NCBI GenBank assembly: GCA_976226885.1
Contig: OZ320317.1
Location: forward strand, 93,496,001 to 93,560,000
Length of the DNA stretch: 64,000 nucleotides
Reading direction: 5' to 3'
Source of the DNA: Iphione sp. A-MEVVRFRX5
Taxonomy: Eukaryota
The position numbers and the translations under genes were made by a program. Under the pieces are notes generated by a model that saw only the letters and a program-made list of their open reading frames with translations, did no database searches and was not told where the DNA came from. Each line of letters begins with the position of its first letter. Position 1 is the stretch's first letter. Shown in pieces: positions 59,997-64,000 of the stretch.

Positions 59997-61990
59997 CAAC
60001 AGAACATGTCTACATGTAAGAGAAGTTCCACTAGATCCCTCTGGCAGGTTTGATGTGTTCCAGTGGCCTTGTCTTCTGTAAAGTAGGTCCGATTCCATTT
60101 TATTATGCATATTAGCTACAGAATTGTGAATTCCCCAACTGCCAATAAAGGTGTTTTGATGATGTTCCAGGAGTCCTCCTGATTGTAAACATTCATGAGT
60201 TTGTGAGCTCATGGAAGGAATGTTATTTTCTTCTCTCTGAGCTGTTGTAGCTGTTTGAACCATGACTGAGATGGCCAATACCAGACTACTGGCAGGACCT
60301 TTGTTGAACATTGCATGTCGGATCCTCTGGAGCACCCTGATGATGATATGAAAAGGTTGAAACATGTACACATAGTTAAACACCAACCAATTTATTGTAA
60401 ACACATTACAAAAGTAGCACCTGGATCCAGGGGCCAACTAGCACACATCGGCAATTGCGTTTTTGTTCAGGATGTTTCACAACTTGAGACCCACTGAGTC
60501 CGAACCACAACACTGTGTTGTAGTGACAGTGAATCAGTACCAGCATTTTGAACAATAGCCTGCAAGCAAAGATCAGTAGGAAGGGCTTTGTCCTACCTAT
60601 GCATAGTGCTGCCGCCCATGTATGGCACATCACAGTCTGCAGGCTGTTGCGCATCTTCAGCTTGCCATCCAGGGTATAACCCAGTATATCAACTGATGAG
60701 TGACACAATAGCTTTTCACCTATGAGTGTTGTATTCAATGGTAAGCTAGCAGCCTTACCCAGAGGACAGTACAGGCATTTTGAGTAGCTCAGGAGTAGTC
60801 CCTCCCTTGCGCACCATGATGTAAAAAGATCTATCTCAGGTTCACCCCACAGTTCCACTGAGTACTAGAAAATCTCAGGAGCAAGCCTCCATTTGGTGTC
60901 TTTGTTAAACTTTCTGGACATGTAATCTGCTCAAATGTTATATACACAAGCCCAATCCATACAGCACCCTTTGCAAGGTATACTAATGTACCTAATCATA
61001 TAGCCTAGAAACGCTATTTCCCAAGACGGAGTGAAATAAAATTTTTCCAAATTCACATAAAACCCAAGCTTCTGCAGGGGTTCAAGCTTTGGCTTCCACC
61101 GAATGCTGACATTTGAGATGGGAAGGACTTATCACGAAAAAGTTGTCAAGATATGCCAAGACGTCATGCCCCACTTCATGCAGGGAACTTAAAACAGGTT
61201 TTAAAATTTAAAAATGACTGCACTCTCTTGAACTTGCATTCCCTAATGTTGAATGGTTTGACCAGTGTGGGCCAAATCAGCTCATTTACTTCTGTCATCT
61301 GTAATGAGGTGCAGTTCTCCATTCATGCATATTCCGCTTGTTTCTTCTGCAAATCTTCCATAGGCATGGCTTTCATCTGGAGTTTGTTAATGAGCATTGC
61401 CACTTGGTCCTTTATGGCCACTGAAGTCTTTTTATTGCCTTGGACCTCTCTTTTTTAAAATTGTAGGAGAATGTCATCTGTGTCAAACTTCTTATCTAAT
61501 AATGCATGCATCACCTCTTGGCTGCTTGGGATAAACTGATCTAAAGCTTCAGTGACTGAAACCTCTGACTGTCCATCTTTAATCTAGGCAGGCTGGGTCA
61601 CATCCTCCAATTCTTCCTTTTGTAAAATGGACTGGAAGCCGGAATTCATTGAGTCGGCCATGTTGGTTAATGACTCCTGGAAGTCCAAGCACAGTCCAGA
61701 CATATTTTCATTCAGGGAATCCAAAGCTTGTAAGAGTGCCAAATTCAGTTCTGCAGCATCAGTCTGCTGAAGGTTTAATCATACCTGTTTTGGCTGGTTC
61801 TTTACCTTTGCTCACATTAGTTTTGGATGAGCCTTCGCGTTTTGGCTCCAACTTCTCTTCAGATGAAGGCTCCGCTCTCGGCAGTTCAGATATTGTTGGC
61901 TCAGACATAATGTGTGGCATGGAAATTGATGCAAGAGCTGCTAAATGTGGAGGATTTAGATAAATTAACTGTCTAGCCTGCCTTTTCAAA
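59997..61990 (-). mobile_element. DIRS1-like tyrosine-recombinase retrotransposon remnant (gag, RT, RNase H, MT-like region)
   Basis: gag-like NCTSLQMTEVNELIWPTL...KRVQSFL; RT LQKLGFYVNLEK...FLGY; ADYMSRKF...WRL...LWGEPEIDLFTS; QLPMCASWPLDPGA; YMFQPF...RVLQRI; WPSQSWFKQL. Confidence 0.78.
60476..60817 (-). mobile_element. L2/CR1-type LINE fragment nested in DIRS
   Basis: VDILGYTLDGKL...LCIGRTKPFL...HCHYNTVLWFG; 5-bp direct repeat GATGT at 60471-75 and 60818-22. Confidence 0.7.
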
Positions 61991-62679
61991 GATAAAAACT
62001 GATTAGCATCTTTAAATTCTCAGAAAACACCTCTGGCAAAACCCTACAATGTACATTGACGTGTGTCTTATTCGCAAGCAGATGAGTGGGAGAGGCTGAA
62101 AACACACAATAATTCCCAGACTCAGTTCACACCGTATACTGAATGCACATCTCCCAAGTCCATGACAGCGGAAATAGGGAATTAATCAACATTTTCACAC
62201 AATAACCAATCAAAATCACTAACTTGTTCAATTGAGTCCTGGTTGTAGACCTGCTGTGTCAATTGTGGAATGCTGGACTGCCAGAGTCATCTAGTGGAAC
62301 TTCTCTCACAGGTCACTCCTCCTTTCGGAGTAGTGGCAAACCAAAATTTCAAATTACACAATGTAATTACTCTTAATCTAGATGAAATATCACCTATGCC
62401 AAAATGCTCCCAGAAAAATATGGAAGCAATCCATCCACAACCATAGTTAAAAGATAGCACAGGTAGTGATCCCAGCCAATCACCAAGGCTGTTCATATGA
62501 TAAGGGACTACACAACCTACGTGATGGAGGAGGAGCTATGGAATTATTTCGAATTTAGTGGTAGTGCTTATCACACATCATTTCTGTTACATGCATATAT
62601 GCAAATACTATATGTATGTATAGGCACACATTCAGTTAACTTAGATATAGGCATGTAAACAAATTAAACTCTGATCACC

Positions 62680-62760
62680 TCTTGGATGGTCCAGTGGATA
62701 GAGCATTGGAAGGGCAAGGTGAAGGTTGTGGGTTCAAATCCCAGCCAGTGCACACTTTTT
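62680..62760 (+). mobile_element. tRNA-derived SINE head
   Basis: A box TGGTCCAGTGG 62687-62697, B box GGTTCAAATCC 62731-62741, followed by a T run; no complete cloverleaf. Confidence 0.6.
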
Positions 62761-63399
62761 TTTCAGTTAGGAATATAAACATTATCAGCCATCCTTTTAC
62801 ATATGTGTTACCATTGGGAAATTTCTAAAATGTGATTTAATGGTATGGTTTACCATAAACTAAAATACATAATTAGGGATTTAAATGAGCAATTCTCATC
62901 TGCTTTCATGACAACTCATGTAAAGATAATTCTCAGCAAAAGATAGAGACCAATTATACATAGGCAGAGTACAAAAAATAATTTATCCTAAATAAATATA
63001 ATTTCACTTTATTGAAATGCAGCTTAGACCTTAGTTTGCAGTTCTCCTATAATTCTGACAAAACATTCCACTGGATAACACAGGTCTGTCTTATCCAGAG
63101 ACTGACATCATTTAGATTTAAGCCTGTATCAATTTACAAAGATGAAAGATTACTCACAAGATGTAGCCTTGGTGAGATGAAGTGATGTTTCCTCCTTCTG
63201 GTAGGGTATTTCAGGAGTTCTCATCAGAAATTCAAATGAATGGAGTGACAGACCTTCTAATTTGAGTCTGTCCCTGATGACTGGTGGGAAGTGAAGGAAC
63301 TACTGTATACAGTGGCGCCACTAAGCATAGTGGCAAAAATAAAAAAACGTCAGGGCTACACCATGTGTTCCTACTTCCAGAACAACCAGCAATCATATC

Positions 63400-63988
63400 A
63401 GATCTACTTCTCTGATTTGGATGCAAAAAGTATCAAAAGATTTGCCATCATCTCAGGAACATTTTGCTGGTAAGTATATGTCTCTAGCATCAACAGCCTT
63501 GCTGTAGCGAGCAGAAACGTATTACGTCATAAATATCGCGAGTCGGCCGCCACTTTGGTAAAATTCCTCACTACTTTAGTCAGGAATAATGTAAGATCTA
63601 CTGGTCCGATTTTGATGAACAACCACCAAAAGATTCGTCATTATCTAAGGAACATTTTGGTGGTAAGCATGTCTCTGTAGCGTAAATAGCTGTGCCATGG
63701 CGAACAAAAACGTGCTGCATCGAAAATATCGCGATTCGGCCGCCATTTTCGTTACATTCTTCACTACTTTAGTCAGGAATGATGTAAGATCTACTGGTCC
63801 GATTTTGATGCAACAACCACCAAAAGATTCGTCATTATCTCAGAAACATTTTTGCTGGTAAGCATGTGTTTCTATCGAAAATAGCCTTGCCATAGCAAGC
63901 GAAAACGTATCACGTCGTAAATATCGCGAGTCGGTTGCCGCTTTGTTTACTTTCTTGGCCGGTAAAGCGGCCAGTGGTGGGGAGTGGG
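63400..63988 (-). repeat. ~193-bp subterminal tandem repeats (~3 units) ending in a piggyBac-type terminus GGG|TTAA
   Basis: aacatttt(g/t)..tggtaag...aaatatcgcga.tcgg at 63459, 63651, 63846; GAGTGGG|TTAA at 63982-63992. Confidence 0.7.
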
Positions 63989-64000
63989 TTAACGCCGGAA

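Noticed and set aside
62680-62760. Functional tRNA gene
   Set aside because: A and B boxes are present, but acceptor and anticodon stems do not pair; better read as a SINE head

Overview
AT-rich animal (invertebrate-like, spliceosomal GT-AG introns) DNA made up almost entirely of nested transposable elements. I found no conventional host gene, and no bacterial, CRISPR or rRNA features. Recognisable pieces: four piggyBac copies (one a nearly intact 10-exon transposase), two Crypton tyrosine recombinases, Merlin, Sola-like, three ISL2EU-type DDE fragments plus THAP and YqaJ-exonuclease modules, a complete ~8.6-kb Harbinger, a DIRS remnant, L2/CR1-type and L1/Tx1 LINE fragments, an env-bearing LTR element 3' end, a separate fusion-glycoprotein pseudogene, MITEs, a tRNA-derived SINE head and a 387-bp satellite. 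The most interesting structure is a set of three mutually diverged Penelope-like elements (PLEs) at ~9.5-10.4, 10.9-13.6 and 26.9-30.2 kb. Two of them show the order RT/GIY-YIG, then a 2xC2H2 zinc-finger ORF, then a disordered ORF with a shared ~32-45 aa C-terminal helical domain, then a minimal hammerhead ribozyme and a short 3' tail. The third is 5'-truncated and keeps only the last ORF, ribozyme and tail. Other notable points are five hammerhead ribozymes, a strong minus-strand bias of TE coding fragments (piRNA-cluster-like), and an antisense ORF next to the 3' LTR whose internal repeat differs only at synonymous sites. All family names come from motif recognition by eye, not database searches.
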